Shown here: in pieces, positions 44,140-53,046 of the stretch | How the letters are laid out: each line of letters begins with the position of its first letter | Numbering within the stretch: the stretch's first letter is position 1 | Origin: a virus | DNA: 64,000 nucleotides | Strand: one strand, 5' to 3' | IMG/VR virus record: IMGVR_UViG_3300029258_005088 | Program-made: the position numbers and the translations under genes | Notes under the pieces: generated by a model | What the model was told of the DNA's origin: nothing | Databases searched by the model: none | The model's input: only the letters and a program-made list of their open reading frames with translations

Positions 44140-45519
44140 CTATATCTGTGCTTGTTTCCATTTGATCTCTTCGTCCTTCCTGTCCTCGCGGAACACCATC
44201 TCGCTCATCACCGTTCCCTGCATGAGCTGGGTCTTGAGCACGTAATGATCCGGAAGGATCTCGGCCCATGCCTGGAGCAACACCGGGTCATTGTCCTTGA
44301 CTCCTTGCTCGAACGCGGTATACAACGGTCTTCCGACCTTTCCCTTCATGCAACCCGTACATCCGCCCGGCTGTCTCTTGGCCTTCTCGTACTCGTCCAT
44401 GGCGTGCTTCACCTCGCCGGAGCCGAACCTCGCAGGAACCTTCTCGATGAATGCCGATGCCTTGTCCAGTATGACGGTGGGAGTGACCATGTGTTGCTGT
44501 ATGTCTCGAGCTGCCTTCAGGTAACTGCGCTTGCTGTCCGCGGGCAAAGTGACCTTGACCCTCTTCGGGTCTATGCGTTTGGTGAGAGCGAGAACTCCGT
44601 GGAGCGCTCTGTTGAGATAATCCGTAGGCAACCTGGGTATGCGAGCGTTTATTATGCCCGTACTGACCGTGCGTATACCGTAACTCGCAAGCGCGTTGTA
44701 GATTCTCATGGAGCCCGATCTGATGTCGTCGTAGACGCTCTCCTTCCTCTTGATCGAATCGGCGTGCGGAACCTCGTCGTATACGAAGAAATCGTCTACC
44801 TGGCCGCCGAGGACGACGCCAGTCAGTATGATATTGTGACAGCCCATGAGAACTGCCAGGGAAAGAGCGGTGGTGAACGAAGAGTCGTGGCCGGCATCGG
44901 TCACTCCCCTAGGATCCTTGAGCCACTCGTCGAAGGGCGTGTGCGACACCGAGTAGGACAAGGTATTGGCACAGGTCGCCGGAGTGAGCTTCGCCTGTTT
45001 CTTGGTCATCGGATCCCACAGCCCGTTGCCATAGCTGTCCTCATTGACGAACGCCTGTATGCGTTGAGACTCCATGGGCTTCGGCAGATAGTTCAATATG
45101 TCCTGCCTCCCCAGCCAGAAGTCCATCTCCACGTCTGTATAGCTGATGTTTCCGAGACCTATGATCGGCAGGCCGTATCCTCGAGCGACCTTGATGAACT
45201 CCTTGTCCAGAGTCGGGGCAGTTCCGGCTATGACGCACGTACCCCTGGAGAACAGGCCGCAGGGACCTTGTACGGCCTGTCCGTCGACCTTGAAAGGGTG
45301 AAGGGTCCTGAGAGTCTTCTGCAGGTTGTTGTAGCGACCCAGTGCGTCCATGTTGTAGGTGATCGTGGGTCTCTTTCCCTCTCGTATACCAAGGAGATCG
45401 TCCATCTTTCGGACTCTCTCGAACAACCTGTTGTCGTCCGTGCCGTTTGGAGTGACGGCAAGCATTATCCTCAAGTCACCGGACTCAATCGCTTCCTTGG
45501 TCAGACCGTACTGTGGCAT
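44140..45519 (-). CDS. MptE/Maf (DUF115)-like nucleotide-binding domain protein
   Basis: CVIAGTAPTL..IIGLGN..SSFTTALSLAVLMGCHNIILTGV matches the GxGPSL..N..AL.LA..MG...I.L.G pattern. Confidence 0.6.
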   Translation of the reverse strand: MPQYGLTKEAIESGDLRIMLAVTPNGTDDNRLFERVRKMDDLLGIREGKRPTITYNMDALGRYNNLQKTLRTLHPFKVDGQAVQGPCGLFSRGTCVIAGTAPTLDKEFIKVARGYGLPIIGLGNISYTDVEMDFWLGRQDILNYLPKPMESQRIQAFVNEDSYGNGLWDPMTKKQAKLTPATCANTLSYSVSHTPFDEWLKDPRGVTDAGHDSSFTTALSLAVLMGCHNIILTGVVLGGQVDDFFVYDEVPHADSIKRKESVYDDIRSGSMRIYNALASYGIRTVSTGIINARIPRLPTDYLNRALHGVLALTKRIDPKRVKVTLPADSKRSYLKAARDIQQHMVTPTVILDKASAFIEKVPARFGSGEVKHAMDEYEKAKRQPGGCTGCMKGKVGRPLYTAFEQGVKDNDPVLLQAWAEILPDHYVLKTQLMQGTVMSEMVFREDRKDEEIKWKQAQI

Positions 45520-45670
45520 CTTCCTGCTCCGCTGGGGTTTCTATGGTTCTGAATTTATGATTACAGGCATCGCACCTGCGCTCCCTTAGTACCTTCGGAC
45601 GACCGTCCTCGGAGAAAGGTACCGTGAGCTTTACCTGCGTCTTCTCGTTTCCGCACTTGGTGCATTGCAT
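45485..45670 (-). CDS. NrdR-like Zn-ribbon microprotein
   Basis: MQCTKCG...RERRCDACNHKFRTIE. Confidence 0.7.
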   Translation of the reverse strand: MQCTKCGNEKTQVKLTVPFSEDGRPKVLRERRCDACNHKFRTIETPAEQEDATVRSDQGSD

Positions 45671-45671
45671 A

Positions 45672-45875
45672 TCACTTCTCTGGTTTCTTGTGAAGATCCG
45701 GATCTATCTCGTCGGTGAGATTCCTGACCTGGTTCTGAGCGTCCACGGGCTTGTCTATGCCTATGTGGAGAGGCTTTGATCCCGTGTTCTTGAAAGTCTT
45801 GCAGGACTCGCAGTACTTGGCCTCGACGTCTCCGGTAACGGTCATCATAGTCTTTCCGCAATTGGGACACTTCAT
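45672..45875 (-). CDS. Zn-ribbon microprotein
   Basis: MKCPNCG...YCESCK. Confidence 0.7.
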   Translation of the reverse strand: MKCPNCGKTMMTVTGDVEAKYCESCKTFKNTGSKPLHIGIDKPVDAQNQVRNLTDEIDPDLHKKPEK

Positions 45876-45877
45876 AG

Positions 45878-46045
45878 CTATCTCCTGTTATTTTCCACAC
45901 AGCCGTCGCAGACTACAGAGCCGTCAACCTGCCTATTGGACTTCATCATGGGAACGACCTTGCGGCATCTGTGGCATTGGACGCCCGGCTTTTCGATAAC
46001 GGCTTTCTGCTTTGCGAAGAACTCCTTTGTCTTGTTCTTGGTCAT
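45878..46045 (-). CDS. 55-aa Zn-finger microprotein (not in ORF track)
   Basis: Manual translation MTKNKTKEFF...QCHRCRK...VCDGCVENNRR; ATGA overlap with the upstream gene. Confidence 0.65.
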   Translation of the reverse strand: MTKNKTKEFFAKQKAVIEKPGVQCHRCRKVVPMMKSNRQVDGSVVCDGCVENNRR

Positions 46046-46266
46046 GAATCGTCTCCATGCATCTTACGCAACCACTCCTGAAGGCAGTGGAAGTCGCAGA
46101 AGTCCTGACGAACCGTTCGTACGCTGGGTCCCATGTCCTGGCTATGGTGCAGGATCACCCATCGCAGGAACGGTGTCGGGGCGCCCATCACTCCGGGTTT
46201 CAGATCGTATTCGGCTCTGTGTCCACACTGGTCGCACGTCCGTACTTCCATTTCTCTCTTACTCAT
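46042..46266 (-). CDS. Zn-finger microprotein
   Basis: TCDQCG...DFCDFHCL. Confidence 0.7.
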   Translation of the reverse strand: MSKREMEVRTCDQCGHRAEYDLKPGVMGAPTPFLRWVILHHSQDMGPSVRTVRQDFCDFHCLQEWLRKMHGDDS

Positions 46267-47017
46267 CCGGTATCTCCGCTTTGGCTTCCTTCAGGAAATA
46301 TTCGTAAGACTCCGGATGCACGACGTCCGGTCTCTTGCTGTGCGGTCCCAGAGTCTCTCTCAGAGCGAGCTCGTACATATGCAAACGGCCGACCTTCTCC
46401 TTGAACAGGAGCCACTGATCCTTTGCGTCCCAGCGGTCGATGAAGATCTTGAAATCGCATCCTATCTCTTTCGCATCCTTCGAGGAAACCACTCCACGGG
46501 CTTCTGCACGAGCAAGCAATCGCAAAGCACATTGCTTCCACTGCGTCAACTGCGTCGGAGACTTCGCACCGGCTTCCACCTTCGGAACGACGTCCGGAAG
46601 CCACTCCGGCTGATCCGGTTGCCAGTCGTAATCCGACTGGTGCGTGGACCCTTGCTCGAGAAGATGCCAGCCGAAGCGGTCCTCGGTCATAACCCATATG
46701 CCAAGGGCCTGGCATACGTCGCAGAGATCTTTCTTCGTGCCATGGGCCGTCTTCTGAGGGACGAGAACCACTCTGAAGTTCGGTCCCTTCTGCACGATCT
46801 TTCTCCGCACGCTCGGCGAGAGCCTTCGCCCGAACCAGTGCATCGGGGGCAAACACTGGGCCACCACCTTTATGTTGGCGCTGGTCTTGGCTTGCACACC
46901 AATCTGCGTACCATCTCGCACGAGCAGGATGTCCCACCCGCTTGTCTCCGGATAGCACGTCCAGCCATAACTCTCGGCTGCTCTCATGAACGTCTGGCAT
47001 AGTTCAGTTTCCTTCAT
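46259..47017 (-). CDS. PD-(D/E)xK-like nuclease-fold protein
   Basis: YPE..WDILLV..IGVQAK; start MKETEL at 47017. Confidence 0.55.
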   Translation of the reverse strand: MKETELCQTFMRAAESYGWTCYPETSGWDILLVRDGTQIGVQAKTSANIKVVAQCLPPMHWFGRRLSPSVRRKIVQKGPNFRVVLVPQKTAHGTKKDLCDVCQALGIWVMTEDRFGWHLLEQGSTHQSDYDWQPDQPEWLPDVVPKVEAGAKSPTQLTQWKQCALRLLARAEARGVVSSKDAKEIGCDFKIFIDRWDAKDQWLLFKEKVGRLHMYELALRETLGPHSKRPDVVHPESYEYFLKEAKAEIPDE

Positions 47018-47234
47018 TGACCGTGTCGTCCCACTTCTTGAATCTCTCGGCAAGGCACGTGGAACATACCACCGGGTGCTCCGCATCGGCGAAGTCCTTG
47101 AGACTCGTACAATCGACTTCCACTGAGATGGATACCTTCTTGTCCGGAAACTCCAAGGTGACTTCCTTCATCTTGATGACTCCGTTCTCCTCGGTGACTT
47201 CCTTGCCACATCCATCGCAGTGAAACTTGATCAT
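47004..47234 (-). CDS. Zn-ribbon microprotein
   Basis: FHCDGCG...VCSTCL. Confidence 0.7.
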   Translation of the reverse strand: MIKFHCDGCGKEVTEENGVIKMKEVTLEFPDKKVSISVEVDCTSLKDFADAEHPVVCSTCLAERFKKWDDTVNEGN

Positions 47235-47476
47235 GACTCTTCCTCCGGGTCCCTTACCTTGAGCATGAACTCGGATTGGTCTATATCGACCTCGACGCTC
47301 TCCAGAGGCACCTCGAAGGCGACCTGGCAGCTATCGTGCGTAAGCCTGAGCTCCAGGGCCTGGATCATGAAGCCGAGCTCCTCTCCGTCTATCGCTATGG
47401 AATACTTGTCCGCTTCCTTGAATATGGATAGCCTACCCAGCGTCTTCTTCATCTTGACTTTCTTTTCTGCGTTCAT
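47231..47476 (-). CDS. Hypothetical protein (81 aa)
   Basis: Start MNAEKK at 47476 overlaps the upstream stop. Confidence 0.6.
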   Translation of the reverse strand: MNAEKKVKMKKTLGRLSIFKEADKYSIAIDGEELGFMIQALELRLTHDSCQVAFEVPLESVEVDIDQSEFMLKVRDPEEES

Positions 47477-47622
47477 GTTATCTTGATAACCTCTTGTTCT
47501 TCCTTCTCCTGGAGCCATTCCTCGATGACGTCCTGGATTCCGTTGGCATAGGCCATGTCGTTGTCGCATCCCTTCTTGATCGCCGCAGTACGGAGATCTC
47601 TCCACTCATCGGCCAGTGCCAT
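47473..47622 (-). CDS. Hypothetical protein (49 aa)
   Basis: MALADEWRDL... with AAGGAG upstream. Confidence 0.55.
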   Translation of the reverse strand: MALADEWRDLRTAAIKKGCDNDMAYANGIQDVIEEWLQEKEEQEVIKIT

Positions 47623-47644
47623 CACGATAGTGCCTTCTTCCTTT

Positions 47645-47980
47645 TCACCTGCCTCCGAGATCCGTTGGCCTGCGTACTTTCGGCCTTTCTTTCGGTGGTC
47701 CCTCGGGGTGCCTCTCCCTAGGAACATTCTTATTGCTGCGAACACTCTCGTCTTCCTCTTCGTAATAGGGTTCGTTCTGATATTCGTGATGGAACTTACA
47801 CATGACCGCCTCGCCTGTCTTGTATGGTCCGATCTTTTTCCAACCAAGTTCGTAAAGCCCATAGCTGGTATGGCACTTCTTGCAGGTCAGCTGCTTCACC
47901 GCATCCTGCAGGTTATAATGGATAAGCTCTCCGCACTCGCAAGGTATATGGGCCATCTGCATCTCCGGCTGTGTCATCAC
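47645..47980 (-). CDS. Zn-binding hypothetical protein
   Basis: IPCECG...TCKKC. Confidence 0.6.
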   Translation of the reverse strand: MMTQPEMQMAHIPCECGELIHYNLQDAVKQLTCKKCHTSYGLYELGWKKIGPYKTGEAVMCKFHHEYQNEPYYEEEDESVRSNKNVPRERHPEGPPKERPKVRRPTDLGGR

Positions 47981-48315
47981 ATACCTCTCGGCCTGAGGAG
48001 CTCTCCGATGGAGCCTTCATCCCAGTGTTTGTTCTGCTTGTGATAAACATAGGCCCCGGCGGTATCGTCCACGATCACTCGGCCGGGTTGAACGCCGAAC
48101 GCAATGGGGAGGTGGCCGAAGCCCATGTCCTGGAAGAACCTCTTAGTGTTCTCCACGCTCCATTCCTGTCCGGCGTCCTGAGGCCCCCGTTGAGTGATCA
48201 ATACTACCATGTGTCCTCGCCGTTGCAGCGTTTTAAGGAGGACTTTTGCTCCGGCGCAGAACTTGTTCTTATGGTAGTACAGGATCGTACCGTCGAGGTC
48301 TATGAAATAGGTCAT
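47977..48315 (-). CDS. HAD-family phosphatase
   Basis: YFIDLDGTI, LITQR, VIVDD; start at 48315 overlaps the upstream stop. Confidence 0.75.
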   Translation of the reverse strand: MTYFIDLDGTILYYHKNKFCAGAKVLLKTLQRRGHMVVLITQRGPQDAGQEWSVENTKRFFQDMGFGHLPIAFGVQPGRVIVDDTAGAYVYHKQNKHWDEGSIGELLRPRGM

Positions 48316-48782
48316 AAGTCTTCCGGATCCTCGGAGTCGGCCACCAACGCACAAGGAGCGGAGGAACTCCGCATCTCTATACAATGGCAGGATGGATCGG
48401 GAGACCCGTCGGGTCTGTCGTGCTGGCAGTCGCAGGAAGGTTCGCTGGACTGTTCCTCGTATACCGCGGAATCGAAGAGCTCCTGCGGCTCTTCTTGACT
48501 CTGCGGCGATTCTTCCGCCTCCTCGGCGGCGTTTTGCGCAAGCTCCTGCTGATACTTGTCGATGCAGGCCTCGCACCGTATCTCGTCTTCGTCGGATTCG
48601 GAGTAGGGTTCGTTGGAAAGGATCACGGCATTGCATCCGTCGCACGTGCCTACGAACCCCTTGCCGTCGATGGTTTCGGGGTCAATTCCGTACTCCTCGT
48701 AGAACTCCTCTATGGCGTCTTCCACCTCTACTCCGTCGTAGCTCTTCTCGACGAAGATAGTGCCTGTGATAACAACGGGCAT
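48312..48782 (-). CDS. Acidic Cys-containing hypothetical protein
   Basis: Start MPVVITG at 48782 after GGAGG; CDGC..CEAC; Glu-rich. Confidence 0.7.
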   Translation of the reverse strand: MPVVITGTIFVEKSYDGVEVEDAIEEFYEEYGIDPETIDGKGFVGTCDGCNAVILSNEPYSESDEDEIRCEACIDKYQQELAQNAAEEAEESPQSQEEPQELFDSAVYEEQSSEPSCDCQHDRPDGSPDPSCHCIEMRSSSAPCALVADSEDPEDL

Positions 48783-48874
48783 GCTTCCTCCTAGAGTTAA
48801 ATTAAGGGACGGGGCTCCTGGGCTTCCTGGGCTAGGTCCCCGTCCCGGGACCTCCAAGCCGGTCTCCACCGCCT

Positions 48875-48903
48875 ATTATAGATATACCGCATATCTATTA
48901 CAA
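48875..48903 (-). promoter_or_regulatory. sigma70-type promoter TTGTAA-N17-TATAAT with an inverted repeat in the spacer
   Basis: Consensus -10, exact 17-bp spacer, and ATAGATAT-N5-ATATCTAT at 48878-48898. Confidence 0.8.
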
Positions 48904-48925
48904 ACGATTTTATGAAAATGGCAAT

Positions 48926-48957
48926 AAAAAAGCGGTCCGGGGGTAAGTCCGGACCGC
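48926..48957 (-). terminator. Rho-independent terminator
   Basis: 9-bp stem GCGGTCCGG/CCGGACCGC followed by T6 on the minus strand, after the 180-aa gene. Confidence 0.85.
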
Positions 48958-49006
48958 TGTTCCCTTGAAATCTAGGAGGATTTCATGCGCGGGTTGGAAA
49001 TGTCTT

Positions 49007-49549
49007 CTAAGTTGCCGGAGCCTGTTTCTTGGCGCCGCCGGCAAGTATGCTCTTCAGGCCCTGGTACGAGGACGAGGCGGCATCCGCCACGTTTCCGCCG
49101 AGATCCTTGAATCCCTGTGTGCCTTCGGTGATTCCGAGCTGGCCGGCCATTCCGAGGGGAACGCCCAGAAGCATGGAAAGGATGATGGCTCTCTTGACGT
49201 TCAGAGGTTTGCCCCTCAACGCGTCGATTCCGAGACTACCCGCTCCGGTGGCGACTGCTCCGGTGGCGGCACCTGGCCAGAGCTGACCAAGCTGAGAGCC
49301 CAAAGCGGAGTAAGGACCCGGTTCTGGCGGAAGAGCGGGACCGCCTTCCTGCTGGGCATCGTACTGACGCTCCTGCTCTTCCTTCGACAGAGGCTTGTTT
49401 CCTCTGTTTTCGCCTCTAGGCGCGAAGGCACCATGGCGATTTTCCGAATCAGTGTCTCCCGGCTGTGCTTCTCCGGGGTCTCTGGCTTCCTTGCTGATGT
49501 AACCGAGCATGAAACCCTTGAAGGCGATTGGTGATACTGCTATCGACAT
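49007..49549 (-). CDS. Glycine-zipper virion-type protein
   Basis: 180 aa; FKGFMLGYISKEA N-terminus; GAATGAVATGAG and ILSMLLGVPLGMAG. Confidence 0.7.
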   Translation of the reverse strand: MSIAVSPIAFKGFMLGYISKEARDPGEAQPGDTDSENRHGAFAPRGENRGNKPLSKEEQERQYDAQQEGGPALPPEPGPYSALGSQLGQLWPGAATGAVATGAGSLGIDALRGKPLNVKRAIILSMLLGVPLGMAGQLGITEGTQGFKDLGGNVADAASSSYQGLKSILAGGAKKQAPAT

Positions 49550-49634
49550 GATGATCTCCTGTTTTTTGTCTAGTATCGTTTACTTACAATCTACAAAGCA
49601 TTCAACCCTTTGACAAGGTATTTGCGAGCTTTTC

Positions 49635-50069
49635 TCAACGAGCGCGTCCCAGACAGAACCTCCCGGAATCGCTCAACTGCTTCTTCTGACTCTTCATATA
49701 GCTGTGATAATGGTCCGATATCTTGGTCACCAGATCCATTCGTACGTGACCTACGTTCTCCCATACCGGGGCCTCCTCGGAAACCACCTTGTCGGGATCC
49801 TCTGCATAGAACGCATGGGGTATGGACAGCTCCTCCAGAAGAGGAAGGAGCATCTCCGCTTCGAGGTTGCCGCTTATGTTGACGTCTATGAGGACGAACT
49901 CGTACCCTCGCTCCACGATCTGCTTCCGAGCCTGCTCCACGGTCTCCGCGGTTTCGACCTCGAACGTAATCGGAAGTACGCACCGCGGACAAGGTCCCTT
50001 GGCTCTCCCCAGCGTCCTCTGGAGATCCTCCCGGTGTTTTCGATCATCTTCGACGAGTAGTATTCTCAT
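49635..50069 (-). CDS. Stand-alone response-regulator receiver domain
   Basis: MRILLVEDD, AETVEQAR, YEFVLIDV (phospho-acceptor Asp); the canonical KP is not evident. Confidence 0.8.
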   Translation of the reverse strand: MRILLVEDDRKHREDLQRTLGRAKGPCPRCVLPITFEVETAETVEQARKQIVERGYEFVLIDVNISGNLEAEMLLPLLEELSIPHAFYAEDPDKVVSEEAPVWENVGHVRMDLVTKISDHYHSYMKSQKKQLSDSGRFCLGRAR

Positions 50070-50070
50070 C

Positions 50071-50727
50071 CTACTTACCTCCTAGGATTTTCGCGAGAAA
50101 GCGTTTGAACCCTTTCCTGCGGCTACTGTTTACGTGTAGCTCTACCTGGCTGGCTTTTTCCTTGATGATCTTTATCTTGTCTTTTGCAGGCCCCTCGGTC
50201 TGGACGAAATCGGCGCTTATGAATCCGATTATGTCGTTGCCTTTCCGTATCGGGTATTTGGCGACTGATCGCACTCCCTGAGATATCAACACTGCCTGGT
50301 AGTAGCATTCCTCGAGCTCTTCCACCTTGTCGAACTGGACTTTCTCGAACGGATCATTCACTAGGAAGCTCACGGCTTCCGGTACGGTACTGACCAAAAT
50401 GTTCTGGGAGCTCTCCTTATGAGAACCTATTCCATTCGCAAGACACTCGTAAGCCCCACTGAGTCTCAGAATGGAATTCCCGTTGATGTACCGTTCCCCA
50501 TTGTGGAACAGGAACAGACTTACTCTGTCCGCGTTCACCTCTACACGAATCTCTACTAGGATTTCTTTGATCTTGACGTCGTTTTCCAAAGTCTCCTTCA
50601 CGAAATGGTTCTTGAACCACTTCGATATCCTGGCGCGGACGATAAGTATCAGCACCAGGATAACCGCACCCGTGGCGAATATAGCCAGGTTGAGGAGACC
50701 TTCGTAAACCCTTTCTGTAATGTCCAT
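50071..50727 (-). CDS. Single-pass membrane protein with GAF-like domain
   Basis: TM LAIFATGAVILVLILIV; VNADRVSLFLFHNG..GVRSVAKYPIRKGNDIIGFISADF GAF pattern. Confidence 0.7.
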   Translation of the reverse strand: MDITERVYEGLLNLAIFATGAVILVLILIVRARISKWFKNHFVKETLENDVKIKEILVEIRVEVNADRVSLFLFHNGERYINGNSILRLSGAYECLANGIGSHKESSQNILVSTVPEAVSFLVNDPFEKVQFDKVEELEECYYQAVLISQGVRSVAKYPIRKGNDIIGFISADFVQTEGPAKDKIKIIKEKASQVELHVNSSRRKGFKRFLAKILGGK

Positions 50728-50751
50728 CCGGAACCTCCCGGGAGGTTCCTA

Positions 50752-51174
50752 TCAGCCGCTATAGGCTTTGAGCATCGTGGACAGAACGCGGGCGTTCGAA
50801 GAGGACGCCTTCTTCGGAAGACTCAAGTCGGGCATGCCGGATCCGGTCTCCGTGGTAATGTTCTTACCACTGGTCGAGATCTCGGTGGCTCCGGTTTCCT
50901 GAGCGGACTTGCCCTTGGTGGGATCGTCGTCGAGCTTCTGCTCGCCCTTGCCGTAGCCCTTGTTCTTGTTCTCCATCTTCTTGCCCGTGGCGGACGACGG
51001 AGTGGTATTGACGGAGGCTCTCACCTGCTCGACTCCCTGGTCCTCGGCTTTCTTGTTCAAGCCAGCGGCGGCAAGCTTCTGGTTGAGTGCGCCTGCGAGC
51101 TCTCCTACACCGGCTTCTTCCGCGGCGGTCTTCTCCAGAATGAGTTCGACTCCTGCCTGTAGTCTGGGTTGCAT
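50752..51174 (-). CDS. Hypothetical virion-type protein
   Basis: 140 aa; ILEKTAA; CAACCAAGGAG RBS. Confidence 0.7.
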   Translation of the reverse strand: MQPRLQAGVELILEKTAAEEAGVGELAGALNQKLAAAGLNKKAEDQGVEQVRASVNTTPSSATGKKMENKNKGYGKGEQKLDDDPTKGKSAQETGATEISTSGKNITTETGSGMPDLSLPKKASSSNARVLSTMLKAYSG

Positions 51175-51197
51175 GTCTTATCTCCTTGGTTGAGATT

Positions 51198-51215
51198 CTG
51201 AATACGCGTATTCAG
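51198..51215. promoter_or_regulatory. Perfect 18-bp palindrome CTGAATACGCGTATTCAG
   Basis: Intergenic, just upstream of the RBS of the 140-aa gene. Confidence 0.65.
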
Positions 51216-51222
51216 TTTTCAG

Positions 51223-52410
51223 TTATACGTGATTGAACCACCAGTCGCCGGAGGCCGTCTTGACCATGTCGGCTTTCTTCTTTTTCTTGTGCGGCTTGTT
51301 GGTGCCGCAGCCGCAGGAAGAACAGGCTTCCTTCTCGTTGCCTTCCATCTTCGGATCGGTGGTGATCTTCTGTTCCTTGATCGCGATGCCCAGCTCCTGG
51401 CCGTCCTGCTTGAGGTCTTCGTGCTGGGTCTGGTGGAGATCCGGACTAAGCTCTTCGGCACGCTTCTGCTGGCCGTAGAGATAGTCCCGGGTGGAGGGAT
51501 CCATCTTGAAAGCGTTCTCGAAACCTTGCTTGGCCTCTTCGCTGAAATCACCTGTGAAGCGGAAACGCATGCCTCGGTTCTCGTCCATGCCCGGGAACAT
51601 GCCGGGACGGAGGGAACGGGCGAAAGCGACGTTGTTCGGATGGCCGCAGCGGGCTGTCTTCTGGTAGCCGTCTGCATAGCCCTCGAGAGCGCCGGCCTTG
51701 TTCATCGGAGCCACGGGTGCGGGCTTCTTTTCGCGTCCGCCTGGAGCGTCCTTGTTTCCGAACCACTTCTTCAGAGCATGCTGAGGAAGCCACTCCCAAC
51801 CGGGCTTGACGTTGCTGTTGGAGTCATCCGTCCCTAGCTGGTCCATTATCCCTTTGGCCCCGAGTGCACCGGCACCTAGGCCAAGGCCCTTGTGGACACC
51901 CATGCTACGAAGCCTGTCGTGCATGGACTCTCTTGATCCTGCAGCAGTAGGGCCTACCTTCGGAGAGCCATCTGCATTGAAGTAGGGACTGGCAGCCGTA
52001 ACTCCGGCCGATCCTCCGACAGGCTTGTCGACACCTAGGCCACGGAGCTTGTCGACCAGACTCGAGGACGGTGCCGCCATGGCCTGCTTCTGTCCCAGAT
52101 CGTACGTCGGGACGTCTTCGGATGCTTCGTCCATCTCGGACATCAGGGAGGGGGCGCCTCCGGGAGTGTCTGGCTGGCGCTGCGTGACTGGATGCATTTG
52201 ATCGGCCGGAGGCATCTGCTCGACCGGAGGCAGTTGTCCGGGAGCCGCTCCCACGGCCTGGGCAAGTCCAGCGAGCTTGCTCTTCCATAATCTGACGTCG
52301 AAATCGTGTTGTATAGCTGCCTGTTTCTCGAGCGTACTCGGATGCAGCCTGGGGTCGTTGGTCAATAGATAGGCTTTGAAAAGATCCACTTCTGATGTGC
52401 TCATGAACAC
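51223..52410 (-). CDS. Hypothetical virion-type protein
   Basis: 395 aa; LEKQAA, EGYADGYQKTA and MVKTAS motifs; Gly-rich hydrophobic segment. Confidence 0.7.
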   Translation of the reverse strand: MFMSTSEVDLFKAYLLTNDPRLHPSTLEKQAAIQHDFDVRLWKSKLAGLAQAVGAAPGQLPPVEQMPPADQMHPVTQRQPDTPGGAPSLMSEMDEASEDVPTYDLGQKQAMAAPSSSLVDKLRGLGVDKPVGGSAGVTAASPYFNADGSPKVGPTAAGSRESMHDRLRSMGVHKGLGLGAGALGAKGIMDQLGTDDSNSNVKPGWEWLPQHALKKWFGNKDAPGGREKKPAPVAPMNKAGALEGYADGYQKTARCGHPNNVAFARSLRPGMFPGMDENRGMRFRFTGDFSEEAKQGFENAFKMDPSTRDYLYGQQKRAEELSPDLHQTQHEDLKQDGQELGIAIKEQKITTDPKMEGNEKEACSSCGCGTNKPHKKKKKADMVKTASGDWWFNHV

Positions 52411-52494
52411 TTCCTCCTGTTTAAGATAAGATAGTCAACTAGGAAAAATATACAAAGGGAAATGTTTATAGACAAGGATTTTCAAGTGATAGCT

Positions 52495-52530
52495 AAAAAA
52501 AGGAACGGTACCTCCGAAGAGGTCCGTTCC
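52495..52530 (-). terminator. Rho-independent terminator ending the ribozyme-punctuated array
   Basis: GGAACGG-ACCTC-TTCG-GAGGT-A-CCGTTCC followed by T7. Confidence 0.85.
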
Positions 52531-52534
52531 GAGT

Positions 52535-52939
52535 TTATTTGCCTTGAGCAAGCCTCCGTATCCTTGCGGAATGTTCGGCGGCAGACAACAGATGCGCCCA
52601 TAGGATCGTCATCTGTCGCTTGCTCGGGTATCCCATTACGTCATGGAAGTCCAGGTGTTCAGGCGCGTCTGCGATATCCTGCAGAGCGTCGACCAGCCAG
52701 ACCTGCTCATGATCGGTCATTGGCTCGAGGGCCAACGAGGTCTTGGCTACCTCGTGGAGGAATCGTGCTTCCTCCTTGAGGGTCATTCCCTTCGGAATGA
52801 TATCAGCCTCGACCGGGGCCTTAGAGACCTCCGATACCTCGACCGGGGCCTTCTCGGCCTCTTCCGTGGTATTGACGATTACTACGATGCCCGTGATGAC
52901 GAGCAAGACAACGATGATAGCGGTTAGCTTTTTCATCAT
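52535..52939 (-). CDS. Secreted or membrane-anchored hypothetical protein
   Basis: Start MMKKLTAIIVVLLVITGIVVIV at 52939 after AAGGAG. Confidence 0.75.
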   Translation of the reverse strand: MMKKLTAIIVVLLVITGIVVIVNTTEEAEKAPVEVSEVSKAPVEADIIPKGMTLKEEARFLHEVAKTSLALEPMTDHEQVWLVDALQDIADAPEHLDFHDVMGYPSKRQMTILWAHLLSAAEHSARIRRLAQGK

Positions 52940-52941
52940 TT

Positions 52942-53046
52942 CTCCTTGGTTGGGGGTTTGAGCACTATTAGCCGGACTCACGCAGGGAAGGAGCCCTGCG
53001 CTACACCGGACCTCCCGGGCCTATTCCCGGGAGGCAGCCTTGCACC
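52942..53046 (-). ncRNA. Twister-sister-like ribozyme, copy A (predicted cleavage between 52960 and 52959)
   Basis: GGU-GCAAG-GCU-[P3]-CCGG-UGUA-[hairpin, CUCCUU loop]-GAGU-CCGG-CUAAU-AGU-GCUCA-AACC. Confidence 0.7.
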
